A DNA stretch of 64,000 bases, taken from contig JARDVH010000157.1 of the NCBI GenBank assembly GCA_030324005.1, positions 23,750,136 through 23,814,135 of the forward strand, in the 5' to 3' direction. Both the position numbers and the translations under genes were made by a program. This document shows positions 49,643 to 62,581 of the stretch, piece after piece; within the stretch, counting starts at the first letter, position 1, and every line of letters starts with the position of its first letter. The stretch comes from Negaprion brevirostris. Its lineage: Eukaryota. Below the pieces are notes generated by a model. It was not told the origin of the DNA, did not search any database, and worked only from the letters and a program-made list of their open reading frames with translations.

Positions 49643-49773
49643 GGCACCATGCAGGAATGAACCAGCAGCACATGATGTCACCTTCCAGCTTCCAAATGCA
49701 CAGACCGATGTCTCAACACCACAACCCTGCAGATGACATCCAGGACGATTTCGACTGGGATTCCATTGTCTAA
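49643..49773 (+). CDS. FOXJ3: FOXJ3 last coding exon: (G)[42 protein letters not shown]
   Basis: tandem cag|cag acceptor (alternative start 49640), TAA stop; C-terminal [13 protein letters not shown] is the FOXJ3 signature. Confidence 0.95.
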
Positions 49774-52700
49774 CTTTCCTTCCTAAGGACAAGCCTGTCG
49801 GAAGCCCTTTCTGTCAGTGTGACTCAGATGTTCTTTTAGCTTCTTGCTTACTTGTGTCGGCCGATGCTGGCCACAATCGCTGGACTGCTGCCTGGACACA
49901 GCCCCACCGTGACTGTGCTAGAGAGCTGAACTTTCGGGGGGGGGAAAACACGCCTTCTGCTTGCAGTCACTACAGAAATGTGGAGTTACCCGTCGGCCGC
50001 TCAGCGGTGGAGCAGTGGTAACAAGCAATGAAGCATTTTCTAATTCTGAACAGAATTTTCTTTTGTTTTTGTTTCTTTTTTAAAACCGAAGGGACGTGTT
50101 GAGGGTTGGCATCTGAGCAATGCTCATCCAAAGTGACGTGGCTTGACTACAATCTGAGGTTGCATAGGATGGTACTATTCAGTGCAGAGTTTCTCTCCTG
50201 TGGGTGGCTCCATTTGGGGGTACTCCCTGATAGGAGGGAACAAACACGAATAGGGATCAAGGAAGCTGGCTTCTCGATGGCCTTTCCTGGAGTAGGCCAG
50301 GAATGCAGTCATGAGCTGGCAGGGAAATCTTTTACAAAGTGAATTTCTTTTGAGAGAATTTTGTCTATATATGGTGCTGCAAAAAAACCTCAAGTTTGTG
50401 TTGAAAATCCAGTTGCTGTAACAGGATTAGTATTGGAGTCAATACTAGGGTACCTGGGGGAAAGTTTTCTACCGCTCCAAAGATTGCATTGCTACAGCTT
50501 GCGTTACCTTTGGAATCCCCGGCTTTTGTGCACACAACACCAGCTTCCAAGTCTGAACTGTTGGGAATCTTCCCAGAAATCCTGCCAGAACGCTTGTTAA
50601 TAAAGCTACTACATCTCAAGAAGTAGCACTATATTTGGGGTTTGCAAGTATCATGTACCAAGTGTTGACGTGGTATTGGTTAGTACCCCTGAGGTAAATG
50701 TAGTTTGGTNNNNNNNNNNNNNNNNNNNNNNNNNNNNNNNNNNNNNNNNNNNNNNNNNCGAGAGAAATCTCCCAAACCAAACATTAAGCAAGTTCTGCTG
50801 AGTTTGTGGTCTCCCAAGTTGCACACATGCTAAAATGCAAGGGAATGGAACACAGACTGCAGAACGTGAGAGTGGTGAGATATTGTAAAATGTTGACCAT
50901 TACCTTTTGCTTAACCAAAAGTTATGTGATCACGGGAGGAGCTAATCTGGTTACTGCCTTTCTCTCTCCTGCTAGCCATGGTGAAAAAGGCCGCAATGCG
51001 ACATATCCCTTTGAGGGATGCTGCAGAGGAAGCATGTTAACCAATGCTGCATTTGTCAGCTATGCATGTTTAGTGATGGATAAATGAGAGTTCATTATAG
51101 AAATCCCAGTCTGCTTTTAATACTTGTGTTGCATCTTTTTTCACTTTTTTTTGATTTTAAAAAAAAATTAATTGGCATTGAGTGGGGTTTTTGAATATGC
51201 ACTTTCTGGAGCAGTGCCTACTTGATTATTCCCGCTCTTTTAAAAAAAGACATTTATTCACTCCTTCAGTAGTGGTTTCAGATTGCTGATATATGTGGAT
51301 GCACCACCTTTTTCAGTGTTTACAATTTCAATTGTGATTCGCGTAAAACCTCTGCTTGTAATACAAACGGGGCTCTAAATACCCCTTAATGAGTCATTGG
51401 AGGGTCCTTCCTAAAAGAACACTTGTTTTTACTGATGCACGGTGTCCTCTTCCAATTTATCTTTCCTTCCTGTTACCTCATTTGCATTTGGGATTCAAGT
51501 TAAGTCAGTGGTTCAGTATGTTTTTACTTGCTGTCACTAGATGCTCTGGGATATTCTTGTGGCTGTCCAGTAACAGAAATCAGACACTGCAAGATTTTAA
51601 CTTAATAAATCTCCACATATCTAACGAGTTGGAGACCTGCAGTTCACAAATACTTGTACAGTGAAGATCTGACCACTAAATTTTAGGCCACTATCACTGA
51701 ATGTAACGATTTTTTGCCCTAACTCAGAAATGTCAGATTGCACGCCTTTTCACGTATATTGCGGAGCAAGGATTTAACTTGAGCCGTGAATGTTTCCTTC
51801 AATCTTAAAGTTTTCCTTTATAAGACTCCACGGAACTGAAGCTGAAAAGGAAATTGTAGCATTTAATAGCACTTTCCAAGTTTAAAATTATGAATTCTGA
51901 ACAATCTTTGCAGCTGTGGCCTAACAAAGAAAGGGCTGCAGCTGAATTGTCCCCCACAGTAAAATAAACCATATGGTTATTTGTGCTGCTCAATCTAAGG
52001 GAGTTGTCAGGGTGCTGATTTTTGATTTTGTGTGCTTTCTTGCTATTTCTGTACTCTCTGTCTTGTTCTGTTTCCTAAGCCTCTTATTTAAAATTGTTTC
52101 AGTATTCTCTGTGTCTCTCTTGTTTCTTCTTTCTTGAGAACAATTTGTGGCTCCTGGTTTGTTGTACAGGGCAGTTCTGCAAACATGTCTTTTGGCTCTT
52201 GATTCAGCTTCACCAGCATTCGCCCGCTGCTTTTCATCTTCATTCTTTCAATCCCATACCAGTGGCAAGGAAGAGAGGGCTTTTACAAAGAGGAACGTTA
52301 CTGTACAACCTGAGGACCAGGCAAGGGATTTTTACCTGATTAACCCTCTTGCTGGTGTTAACCGATCAGTGTGGAGGGGAGGGGGTGCATTGTTCTGTGC
52401 GACAATCTGTAAGTGAAATGAACACACAAGTTTTTGAAATCAGTAAAGGCTTTTATGACTGCTAACTAACCATAGTTTGCTGTCCAGATTCCTATCTTGT
52501 AGAGGTCAGGAATGTGTCAGAGTTATATAATCAAGCTTCATCAGTTATGATTGCTTAAAGGCCTAACCCCTCCCCACATGGCTGCTAGATTAGCAGAAAG
52601 ATCACCAGAAACTAGAATGCCAGATAGGCACAGCAAATGCGTCAGAATCTGAAAGTGAAAAAAATAGGTTAAGCTCCAGTTGTCATCTTTTACCAGCTCC

Positions 52701-53107
52701 CTGATAGAGACTGTCATCTCACTCTAAAACTGATCTTGTTCTGAAGAATTATCCACTCAGCCTGTCCTTCTGCTCCATGTGCTGACCCTTCACTATGCAG
52801 TTCAGACATCACTGCTCTTTACTTAATTCTTGTCATGAAGTAAGCCAAGCAGTTTGATCATTAATCAAAGATGTGGAATAAATTAATTTCCGTGAACTCA
52901 TGCAGCACTGTGGACTAGTTGGTTTATCTTTAGCTGTGGGCTGGACTGCTTCTGAAAGTGCTGACAATTAAAATACAGTTCCACTGCCACAGCAGCCCTT
53001 TAGAATGTTATCAAACTGGGTACCACCTCTGAAGTAAGGCACTGAGATTTGGCAGGCTATCTATCGAGAGGGTCATCAGAACTGACCCTGATATCACCTC
53101 TCTCAAT

Positions 53108-53211
53108 GGGTGGGAATTTCCGGCTGCACTTGCCCGAGGTCAGCGGACCTTTGCGTGGTCCTGTCCTGCCTGCTACAATTCTCTGAAGGGCGGGACAGGA
53201 AAATTCTGCCT
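53108..53211. mobile_element. Short MITE with GGG(C/T)-type terminal inverted repeats
   Basis: gggtgggaattt...aaaattctgcc; internal ttgcccgag.tca..ggacctttgc shared with 63623-63748. Confidence 0.6.
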
Positions 53212-53239
53212 ACTGACACTGCATGCATGCACTCAATCT

Positions 53240-53412
53240 CTCCGTGCTCACACTCTCACTTGCACTCCCACGCTCACTCTCTCATTCTCTCACTCTTGCT
53301 CTCTCACGAATATACACACACTCACTCGCTCTCCCACACTCTCACTTTTACACTAGCACGCTCAGAAACACTCTCACACTCTCTAGTACTCCCCCTCTCT
53401 TGCACACACACT
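53240..53412 (+). repeat. Degenerate CT/CA low-complexity tract in the putative 3'UTR
   Basis: ctcacactctcact...ctcactcgctctcccacactctcac. Confidence 0.8.
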
Positions 53413-56400
53413 TTGCTACAGAGGTCACTGAACAGTGAGCAAGAGCAGAAACTTTGGATGATTCTTTTTTTCTTAATAGCCTCTCCCTCCAAGGGGAGCT
53501 GAGACCAATTGTATGATCCTGACTGCTGCCCTACAACCATCAGCACAGGCTAGGGGAGGTGGGAGATTTTTGTAAAACTGAGCCAATTATCAAGTCCAAC
53601 TGCAACACATAATCCAAAAAAATAGCATTTGAACCCCAAATGGATTTGTGCCAATATGTGGAGATTCCAGTGAAGGGCAAAACAGACTGAGATAAAATTG
53701 CCAGAACTGTGTAAAATCTGCTGTGGCATAGTAAGATAATGCTGAAATGGGAGGTCAGCTGGTGCACTTTTTGTATTTAAAGTTAATGAAGTTTCCGGGG
53801 AAAACAATTGATGTAAACGTTTGCATTGCAAAGGTCAATGGAGATCTCCCTTTGTGCTAATATATAAGCTAAATTTATGGTATTAAAAATGTATTGCACA
53901 AAACTGGCATTCATCCCTTCCTTTATGCTGCTTGGTCTTGTTCCCTGTATTGTCACATTTCAGTTTCCATTTTAATTACTTTCATGTAAAGCTAATACCT
54001 TACAAAAGAGGATGAAAAGATTAGTGAAGAAGTTATTGTACCTTCAACAGAGAGACCATGTGTAGGGCTGAAACTTGAACCCTAGCTTCCAGGAAATGGG
54101 AATTTCTTTTCACAGTTGACTCTCAAAACAAAACCCTTTGCCAAAGATTCTGAGCTCCGTTCTGGTTTCTTGATAAATCTAGGTTGGAACATTGATGTGC
54201 AGCTCACCACAGAATTTAGTAATAGCTGTTGTCTTGGCTAAGTCAAAATTCTGATCAAATGTTGTATATCACAGTGCTATTAATATGCCCAAACATGCAC
54301 TGCAGGCAAAAGCGGCTGCACCACCTGGTGATGGGCTGTATATCGTAGCTCCAGTCTTTGGTAGAATAATGCAACAAATGGTTCAATCCTTGGAGGGATT
54401 GTGTTTGTGAGTGCACCATTGAAAAGTAAAGGCGCTGTGGATAATTGCCAGAAGTTTGACCCTTATTATTTAATATTTGTATGTAATGTAGATAGAAAAT
54501 TCTTTTTCTTGCAGATTTTGCATCTGATCTTTTTGAAAGTTGAATAGTTGAGAATGTTTTGCATGACAATGGGAGAGGTATGGGCAGGCACAAGGTTAAA
54601 TCCACCAAGTTGTTGTTGAACTTCTTGTGAAGTTTTCGCCAACCTAAAAAAAAATTGCCTAATTTATAGAGCACATGCATAAATACACTCAATGAAATGT
54701 TTGCCCTTTATTTTCCTGAAGGCTATGTATATTTTCGAAACCAGATATTGAATGTAAATGCCTGAATTTGGAGGGATTTTAATTATTACATGATGTTCTG
54801 TGGCCAGAATCTTGTTCACTGCTCCTGTAAATTGAGGGTCTGGATTATCGTGGGTTTTCAGGTCTCAGCTAGCACTGGGTGCGGTGACTATGGCTCGCTG
54901 TGCAGGCTTGTTCAAGGTATTTTCTCAGCTGCTGTTTCTCCCATGACTGAGGCCAAACTTAATTAAATCTCAAGCACAAGTTCGTGGCTGCTTACCCTAG
55001 ACTTGGAATAGAAATTGCATTTATTTATACAGGGGTGGTAAAGGCCTGTCACTGTGAGATAGACCTGTGCTATTTTAAGGATATCTTTCTGAAGCAAGGA
55101 TGAATTAATGACTAGTTATTTGAACATAATTTGAACATTCATTGGTTGGTCCCTATCATTCTCCTGCCTTGTCATGCTCTCATTTCAAACTCCACAATCT
55201 AAACTTTGGCTCTGACATTCATTCCCCCTGCCCCACCCCCAATCTCCAATATGCAGCACTACAAAACCAAATCTCTTAGCTCTCAATTCCTACCTGTAGC
55301 TTTCTAACTCTGCACTGCCTGACACACTCTTACTCGGCTGCTTCTTTGCCCTCACCTGGTGAAGGCCCTTGTGCCGTAGGTGTCGCTGAATGGCATAAAT
55401 GGGCCTTTGTTGTTTCTAAGATGTTAGCTGTCTGTATTATGGAAGAAGTTAGTTTCTTAAGTAACGTTCAGAATTTCAGACTCTTAGTGAGAAAAACATG
55501 GAACACATGTAACCTCTCCCACCCCTGTGCAAGGTTGCACTTGCCATGTATCAGAGTGCATCACTGTGTTTCTTGCCCAAGTTCTTGATTTCTACACAAT
55601 GGGAGCAGTTTTTTTTAAAGGAGGAAGGCTCCACACACTACCTATTTCTGTAGAGTCTGCTAGTAGCCTGGGCTATTTGTTGGAAGTAATGCCATTTTTT
55701 TTGTCTGGACAAGCTTACAGAATCGGTCTCAGCAGCCAATCTCGATGCAGGCAATCGACTTAGGTTTCCCCTTCTCCTTAACTCCACATCTGTACTCTTC
55801 TGGGCCTGCAAAGCAGTCTGGAATTTTGACCCATTAGATGTATTTAGCCTGCTTTGTTTCTTTTGGGAGATGGGAGAGGACATCGGGTAGTGCCTGAATT
55901 TTAATTGTAAGAGTCATGTCATTGACTGGATCCATTGTTTACAAATGTTGGCACACTTTAAAGCCCCACTTATTTTGTGTCATTTTTGAATAATACTGCA
56001 TTAAAATGACCAATAAGTTGTGAATGTTTTTTAAAAAGTATATATATATATATTTTTGAAATTTCGCTTCTTGGGGGGGGGGTGGGGGGATCTCTAGCTT
56101 AACCTGAATGCTGCTAGATTGTGAAACCCTTCCTCTATTTTTAAGCAAATGAAAGATGTAGAAATTCCCAAGATCTATAGGTGCAAAAGTCTGTGCGAAA
56201 GAAATTTGATCAGTCATTATATCAGTGTGCTTGGGCCAGGGCATGTGGAAGCCACCAAAGTAAAGGGCTAAACCCTTAACTACCCCTCTCCCCCTGCTCC
56301 CCCCCACCCCCCCTCCCCACCTCCCTTTTCCATATATAACATCCAGATATCCTTTTGGAAAGTAATCAAAAGTGTTTTGCAGTCTGCACTGTTAGGAACT

Positions 56401-58519
56401 TTTTTATGTAGGTAGCATTGAGTTCTTGCTGTTTTAAAAAAAAATGCAAATAGTTTCACACAAAAAGTATAGATAGAGAATCATCTAAATAACAGGAGGT
56501 GGCAGCACATATTTAAGATAAATTTTAAAGCTGCACTATTTGACAGGCCTGCCATAAGGGGCAGCCCTACTTTTGTTATACAGTATGTAGGAATATAAAT
56601 ATTACTGACCACCTTTAAAAGGTGCATTCTATTTTTAATTAAATATAAATAATCACTGAAATTGAAAAAAGATACAGATATATAAATAAAATATATATAT
56701 ATGTAGGTTAACCTATATCCTTTAAAAGAAAACATTAAATTGACTGTCAAAGCCAATTCAGCCTCCCCTTGGTGAGTAGTGAAAAGCAACGCAGCACTGT
56801 GGTTGGAGGACAGCAGTAGTATCAAAGGCAAGTACGTATGCTTGATTATATACCGGCAAAGTTTCAAATCCTGTTACTGAGACTTGCTTGCCTCTGGGGG
56901 AGAGTTCAGCCACTTCACAAAATAGGCAACCAGATGGATTGACAGATAATTATGAAGGTGGGGGGGGGGGGGGGGGGGCAAACATTTAGCNNNNNNNNNN
57001 NNNNNNNNNNNNNNNNNNNNNNNNNNNNNNNNNNNNNNNNNNNNNNNNNNNNNNNNNNNNNNNNNNNNNNNNNNNNNNNNNNNNNNNNNNNNNNNTGCTG
57101 TCAGACTTGGAGTAATTGAAGATTTATGGGCTGGGAGAGCCAAACTGCACGAAAGCCATTGAAGTAATGGCTTGGGTGCAGGCATGGCGCGAGGCTACAA
57201 ATGTTCACTTTCACAGAACAATGAAGTAAATTTTAAAGAAAGCATTTGTTATATTTGCCTTAAGCAGTCGGTAAAATCACTACATTAGTGATTCCTGCTG
57301 CTGTCAAGTAGCACAGCTTTTAACAAGCAGCGAGGCGGTTGCTGGAGAAGGAATGTTTGTGCTGTGCTTGAGCTCAAGTTAAGTACACTTCAAAAAATAG
57401 TTCACTTACAGTGCAATGGATATGGGATCTTGCACCATTGGTTGGAATGGGCCCCACTAACCACCATCCACTTTGTACTTGAGTTGAACCTTTTAGATGG
57501 TATTAGCAAAGTTGGATTCCTTTGTTCCAAAAATCCTGATGAATAATTTCTGTTTGTACCCTGTTGACCAGTTGTATATTTAAATTGTGAGAAAAAAAAC
57601 ACATCTTTATTGGTTGGAAGTAAATAATTCAGTTTGGAATCAGCTTGGTGTCCAAGACGTGCTGGAACCCTACAGCGGTTTGATTTGTGACGACAGAGGG
57701 TTCACCAGCCCTCCGAGGATCATTATTTTCTTCTCTCACTCCTCTTTATTGTAAACGTTTTTTTAAAAATTGGTATCATTCTTGACAGCAATGGAACAGA
57801 TTCTTGTAAAAGCAAAATCTAGATCTTAAAAGCAATTACAATTTTTCCTAATTGCATAGACCTGGGTCACAAGTGTTTTCTTCATGAGGTTTTCTTGGAA
57901 CAGGAGTCTAAAAACCCTTTGGAAATGGCTTATCTCTCTTTGTATACACTGCCATTGTCTTAATGTGATCACTCCCTACAGTATATGTTTTGCAGTAAAG
58001 AGGACACCTTGGCAGTTTCTGAACACAGGCTACAAGCAGGAGGAAGAACAACCTCTTTCTAACATAACAAAAGCAGTACTGGCTTTTGTGGCACATTTTA
58101 AACAAAAAAAAAATAAAAAAGTGTTGTGGTGTTCATGTGCTTAATTGTAAATATATTGTTTGTCTTTGAAATTGTCCTTTTATTTTCTTGGGTGGGAAGG
58201 GGGCAGGGAAGAGACCAGGGTTTTATTCTATAAAGGAATACAGAGTATTTTGATATTGTGCATTCCAAGGGTGATGTGTACATATCTATGATGTATATAG
58301 TGATGAAATCATTATCATTTTGTGTGACACCAGCTCTTCTCTGTACTGCTGTTTTACAGTCAGTGTTTCAGTGTTTGTATTTTTTGTTACTGCACGTTTT
58401 ATTAATCCTAGCTAAAACAGAAATGCACAACTATCCTTTGTATGAGTTTACTGCTGTAAAATACTACCAAATGTCATTAGTCGTTGCTGCCAGTCGTGAT
58501 ATGCATGGATGGCACTTAT

Positions 58520-58525
58520 AATAAA
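58520..58525 (+). promoter_or_regulatory. Candidate distal polyadenylation signal
   Basis: AATAAA preceded by several TGTA motifs and followed by a GU-rich element (gtgtgtctgt ~58571-58580); repeat density rises again shortly after. Confidence 0.5.
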
Positions 58526-58967
58526 TGCTGTAGCTTCAGTGATGCGTTGAAGGGCTTCTCTTTTAATGAGGTGTGTCTGTAGTCGAAGTCGCAACAGTGG
58601 AAAACAGTGTGTGTACAGAACTAACTGCATATGAACTGTGCGTGTGTAAAATTTATATGTCGGGCTTATCACAAGAGCCGAGTGAATTCAGGATTGTCTG
58701 TAGAGTTGTTACAGGACAACTTGTATTTAAATGGTATTCCTGACCTACAAGGTCATTAATCACTCACTTTACAAAAATCAGTAATTAGCAAGAAAATACA
58801 AGGAGGGAAATCAAAGATTATAGTCATGGTTTATTTGAAGATGAGGAGTGAATTTTTTTTGAAGAGGGCACAAGTGAAACTTTGATCTACCCATGATAGA
58901 AGGGATGCAGAGGGAAATTGGCCAAATTTGAGGAACAGATGATATGCCCAGTGGTTTAAAAGTCGAT

Positions 58968-59173
58968 TTTAGTCACAAGTAGGCTTACATTCACACTGCA
59001 ATGAAGTTACTGTGAAAACCCCCTAGTTGCCACACTCTGGCACCTGTTCGGGTACACTGAGGGAGAATTTAGCACGGCCAATCCACCCTAACCAGCACGT
59101 CTTTCGGACTGTGGGAGGAAACCGGAGCACCCGGAGGAAGCCCACGCAGACACGGGGAGAACATGCAAACTCC
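58968..59173 (-). mobile_element. V-SINE type B (5' part lost at small gap)
   Basis: agtcacaagtaggcttacattcacactgcaatgaagttactgtgaaaacccctag...ggaggaaaccggagcacccggagg. Confidence 0.85.
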
Positions 59174-59747
59174 NNNNNNNNNNTATAGATGTACAAGACT
59201 TCATACCAGGAAAATTCAACTTGCAATGTCCTAAGTCAGCTGAGGTTTTAGAAAGGGTAGAGCTTTGTAGACACCAGTCAAGATATTGAAGGAATGGGTG
59301 AGGATCAGCTGCAAGGAGCCTTTCATGAGTTTTGTCTACAAGCAGGACCAGTTATCGCAATGACTGTGTAAGACTTTGTTGTGTGCATGTGTGAAGGGGT
59401 CACTAACACCATGGACTCTGCATTTGTATGTGTTTCTATAAAGCGCTCACTGTGCGCGCAGAGCCCAATAATGTGCATCCATGCTATGTGCACTTGCATG
59501 TGGGTTTCAGCATCTTCCACTAATAAAGTAGCAACATATTTAATAAAACTGACTAATGATCAACGGTGGCTCACTCTGGCATGGGGTGGGGGTGGAAATG
59601 AAAATGTAAATATCCCAACAGGATCCTAACAATAGTTTTGCAATATTTTAAAAAGTTCAGAAGCATAAGTGAATTCTGGCCTACTGTATTTCATAAAAGA
59701 TGTGCCTTGCTTACAGACTATAGGAGACATAGCGATATTTGGTTTCT

Positions 59748-59846
59748 AAACAAAAACAAAATGCTGGAAAATCTCAACAGGTCTGACAGTATCTGTGGAG
59801 AGAGGATAGAGTCAACATTTCAATTCAGGATGACCCATCGTCAGAC
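59748..59846 (-). repeat. Family 3 repeat, single arm with hammerhead core
   Basis: Minus strand reads gt-CTGACGA-tgggtcatcctgaatt-GAAA-tgtt-gac...acagatactgtcagacctgttgagattttccagcattt. Confidence 0.65.
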
Positions 59847-59879
59847 TTTAGTTTTTAAAATCTTTCTTTCTGCTCCTGA

Positions 59880-60142
59880 AGACCGTCAATCTTTTTGGCA
59901 AAACAATTAAACTAAATCAAATGAACTGAGGGATAAATCAAAAGGGGCAGTCCTCAAAAAGAAGGGAACTGCCCGAAACAAAAGACAAAGTAGAAAAGAA
60001 ACATCAAATTGAAATGTGATTAAAGGGGTCAATAATACACCCCAGCCCCTGCGGTGTTCAGCGAGCACGGAAGGCCTCAACAGTGCCCACGGACATCACA
60101 TGCTCCCTCTCCAGGGACACCCGGCCACAAATGTAGCCACGA
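59880..60142 (-). mobile_element. Probable Tx1/L1-clade LINE 3' remnant
   Basis: Minus frame GYICGRVSLEREHVMSVGTVEAFRAR*TPQG resembles Tx1-like ORF2 C-termini; followed by a T-rich 3'UTR with a gggcagt...actgccc hairpin. Confidence 0.5.
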
Positions 60143-60598
60143 CTTTTTTAATATAATCTGTATTTTTAAACTGAAGACTCAATGCTTGCTCTTTCATAAA
60201 TAGCACATGCCTGGCACCACCTCCAAATAACTAAATCTGAGAGACTGGGCAATGGTTGTTGGAGGATATATGTGAAAAACACGATCCAGTGCTTCCCCAG
60301 TGGATGAGCAGCTGTCCCTGCATTTTAGGGAGTCTCCATTTGACTCTGATCACCAACACTACAGTACCCCTGTTCCGATATTTAAAGTACGCGCATTCCA
60401 GCTTTTGGGGGGAGGGGTCACTAACTAGTAGTCAAATGCCGATACTCTGGCAGAAATCTCCCTCACCTGTTGTTATCCCAATTGAGAATGGGTGTTCTCT
60501 GTCGTGGAAGGGAACTGGTTTCTACAATCCATTTCTAACAAACTGCTGCTGCAGTGGATAGAAATCAGCATCCTTGCTGCTTCTTTACTTCAAACATT

Positions 60599-60903
60599 CT
60601 GGTTAGCACTACTGCCTCACAACACCAGTGACCCGGATTTGATTCCTGACATGAGTGACTGTATGAATGGAGTTTGCACATTCTCCCTGTGTCTGCGTGG
60701 GTTTCCAGCAGATGCTGTCGTTTCCTCCCATAGTCCAAAGATGTCCATGTTAAGTGGATTGATCATGCTAAATTGCTCCTTAGTGTCAGGAGGACTAGCT
60801 AGGGTAAATACATCGGGTTATGGGGATAGGGCCTGGGTGGAATTGTGGTTGGTACAGATTTGATGGGCTGAATGATGACCTCCTACACTGTAGGATTCTA
60901 TCT
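60599..60903 (+). mobile_element. HE1-like V-SINE type A
   Basis: ggttagcactactgcctcaca...ggggatagggcctgggtgg...gatgggctgaatg...gtaggattcta. Confidence 0.85.
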
Positions 60904-62211
60904 ATCGAGAAATTGGCAGCTGAGTACTGAAGGATGACCGTGTTCTAGTCAGCAATGAGACTTTTCAAGCACTGGGATCAGCAGCCTCTGGCAGATAATA
61001 GCCTAATAGAGTCTTGAGTTATTTTTTCCCAATTATTGCTCATGCTCCTCTTCAGGCACTGGCTTAGGCAGGGCTGCAGTGGCAAAGACGCTGGGCAGAT
61101 CCTGTTCCCCCATCCAAGCAACCAATTTTTCTTATTCAAGAGCTTAGAATTCCAACTGAGCACAATCATCGCCACCACTCCTTCAGGTACCATGTCCTGA
61201 GGGGACGTGGAATTCCATTGGATTGATTGGCAAAATACCACAGTGGTTTGCTATTGCCATCTTCATTATGGCTGGTCAGGAAACTCTCTCACTCGTACTG
61301 CCACCACTGGACATAGATGGATTTACAGGCTGATAACCTGTTTGACCACATTACAAGTGCACCTTCCTTGACCATCAAGTCTCTGATTGCAACTCAAACC
61401 TGGAGCTTCTGGCCTAGAGGTAGGGATGCTACCACAAGACATTCTGCCCTATCAACCCCTTGCTCAATATTCAAAATTTGCCTTTCAGTTGGAGTCACTG
61501 TTGAGGGATCAGGAATGGGAGCCTTTGCCAGCTTTTCTTTCTCTCTGCCCTGCCTGGGGAGGTTTACTGCTGTGCCATGTCCCTGTTCCAGCTGAGAGTG
61601 AATTTAATCGAGCCAGGGCAAAGCCTTGGGGGCCTTTCGGAGGATTTGGCGCCGTTGCACAAAGCTATGTTTTATTGAGAATTTTCATCATAATCATAGA
61701 ACTCCTACTGTGCAGAAGGAGGCTGTTCAGCCCATTGAGTCTCCACTGACCACAATCCCAAATTTAGCAACCCCTCCTCCCATTGGCTACTCTAGTCTGT
61801 GCACAAATGTGTGAAAGCTGACTGGCTTTGTTAACATACATGCATTAATTGTCTTCACGCTAAGATGTAGCTACGTAGAAGATAGTAAATATGTGAAAAA
61901 CTTGCAAGACAATGAAGTTATGCAGTTGAAGTGGGTGATGGGTAAATATTTGAGACAGGAATTAGATGCATTATGATGAGCTTAGAGGTTGATAATTGGA
62001 AATGATTACTTCATTCTTCCATTAGAAAAAGCATCTCTAGTAGTTAAACAAATCATCTGAGCCCGTTCAACTTCCTTTTAGAGTTGGGGTTTAAAAAAAA
62101 CATGAAATTTACCAATCTTAGCTGAAGGATTTTTTTTTAACCTTACATCAAGATTTGCAATCCAAGTGATTGAGGAGATTTTTGATCTCCTGAATTGTGT
62201 ATGAATCCATA

Positions 62212-62522
62212 TGGGTGGCACAGTGGTTAGCACTGCTGCCTCACTAGGGACCTGGGTTCGATTCCCAGCTTGGGTCACTGACTGTGTGGAGTTTGCATAT
62301 TCTCCTCATGTCTGCACGGGTTTCCTCTGACTGCTCCGGTTTCCTCCCACAGCTCAAAGATGTGTGGGATAGGTGGATTGGCCATGCTAAATTGCCCTGT
62401 AGTGTCAGGGGAACTAGCCAGGGTAAATGTATGGGGTTATGGGGATTGGGCCTGGGTGGGATTGGGGTTGGTGCAGACTCGATGGGCCAAATAGCCTCGT
62501 TCTGCCGCTAGGTTTCTACGAT
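62212..62522 (+). mobile_element. HE1-like V-SINE type A, full length
   Basis: gggtggcacagtggttagcactgctgcctcac...gggttcgattccc...gactcgatgggccaaatagcctc. Confidence 0.9.
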
Positions 62523-62581
62523 GCAGATTGGCTCAATCTGGTGATTTGAAAATGAAGCCCTCAAAAGTAACATTGAGACTT

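Larger units (their letters stand above)
49774..58545 (+). other. FOXJ3: Putative long FOXJ3 3'UTR (~8.7 kb)
   Basis: Follows the stop codon; no recognisable full SINE/LINE until 58968, unlike the introns; U/AU-rich; ends in AATAAA (58520-58525) with downstream GU-rich sequence. True end not provable without RNA data. Confidence 0.55.

Noticed and set aside
54255-56867. 120-145 aa minus-strand ORFs in the 3'UTR region
   Set aside because: Low-complexity AT-rich translations with no recognisable domain or splice structure.
58112-58117. AATAAA as the FOXJ3 poly(A) signal
   Set aside because: Embedded in an A-run and followed by further UTR-like motif clusters; 58520 has better context, though use as an alternative site cannot be excluded.
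62212-62290. tRNA genes at SINE heads
   Set aside because: A/B-box tRNA-derived heads continue into V-SINE bodies; no complete cloverleaf.
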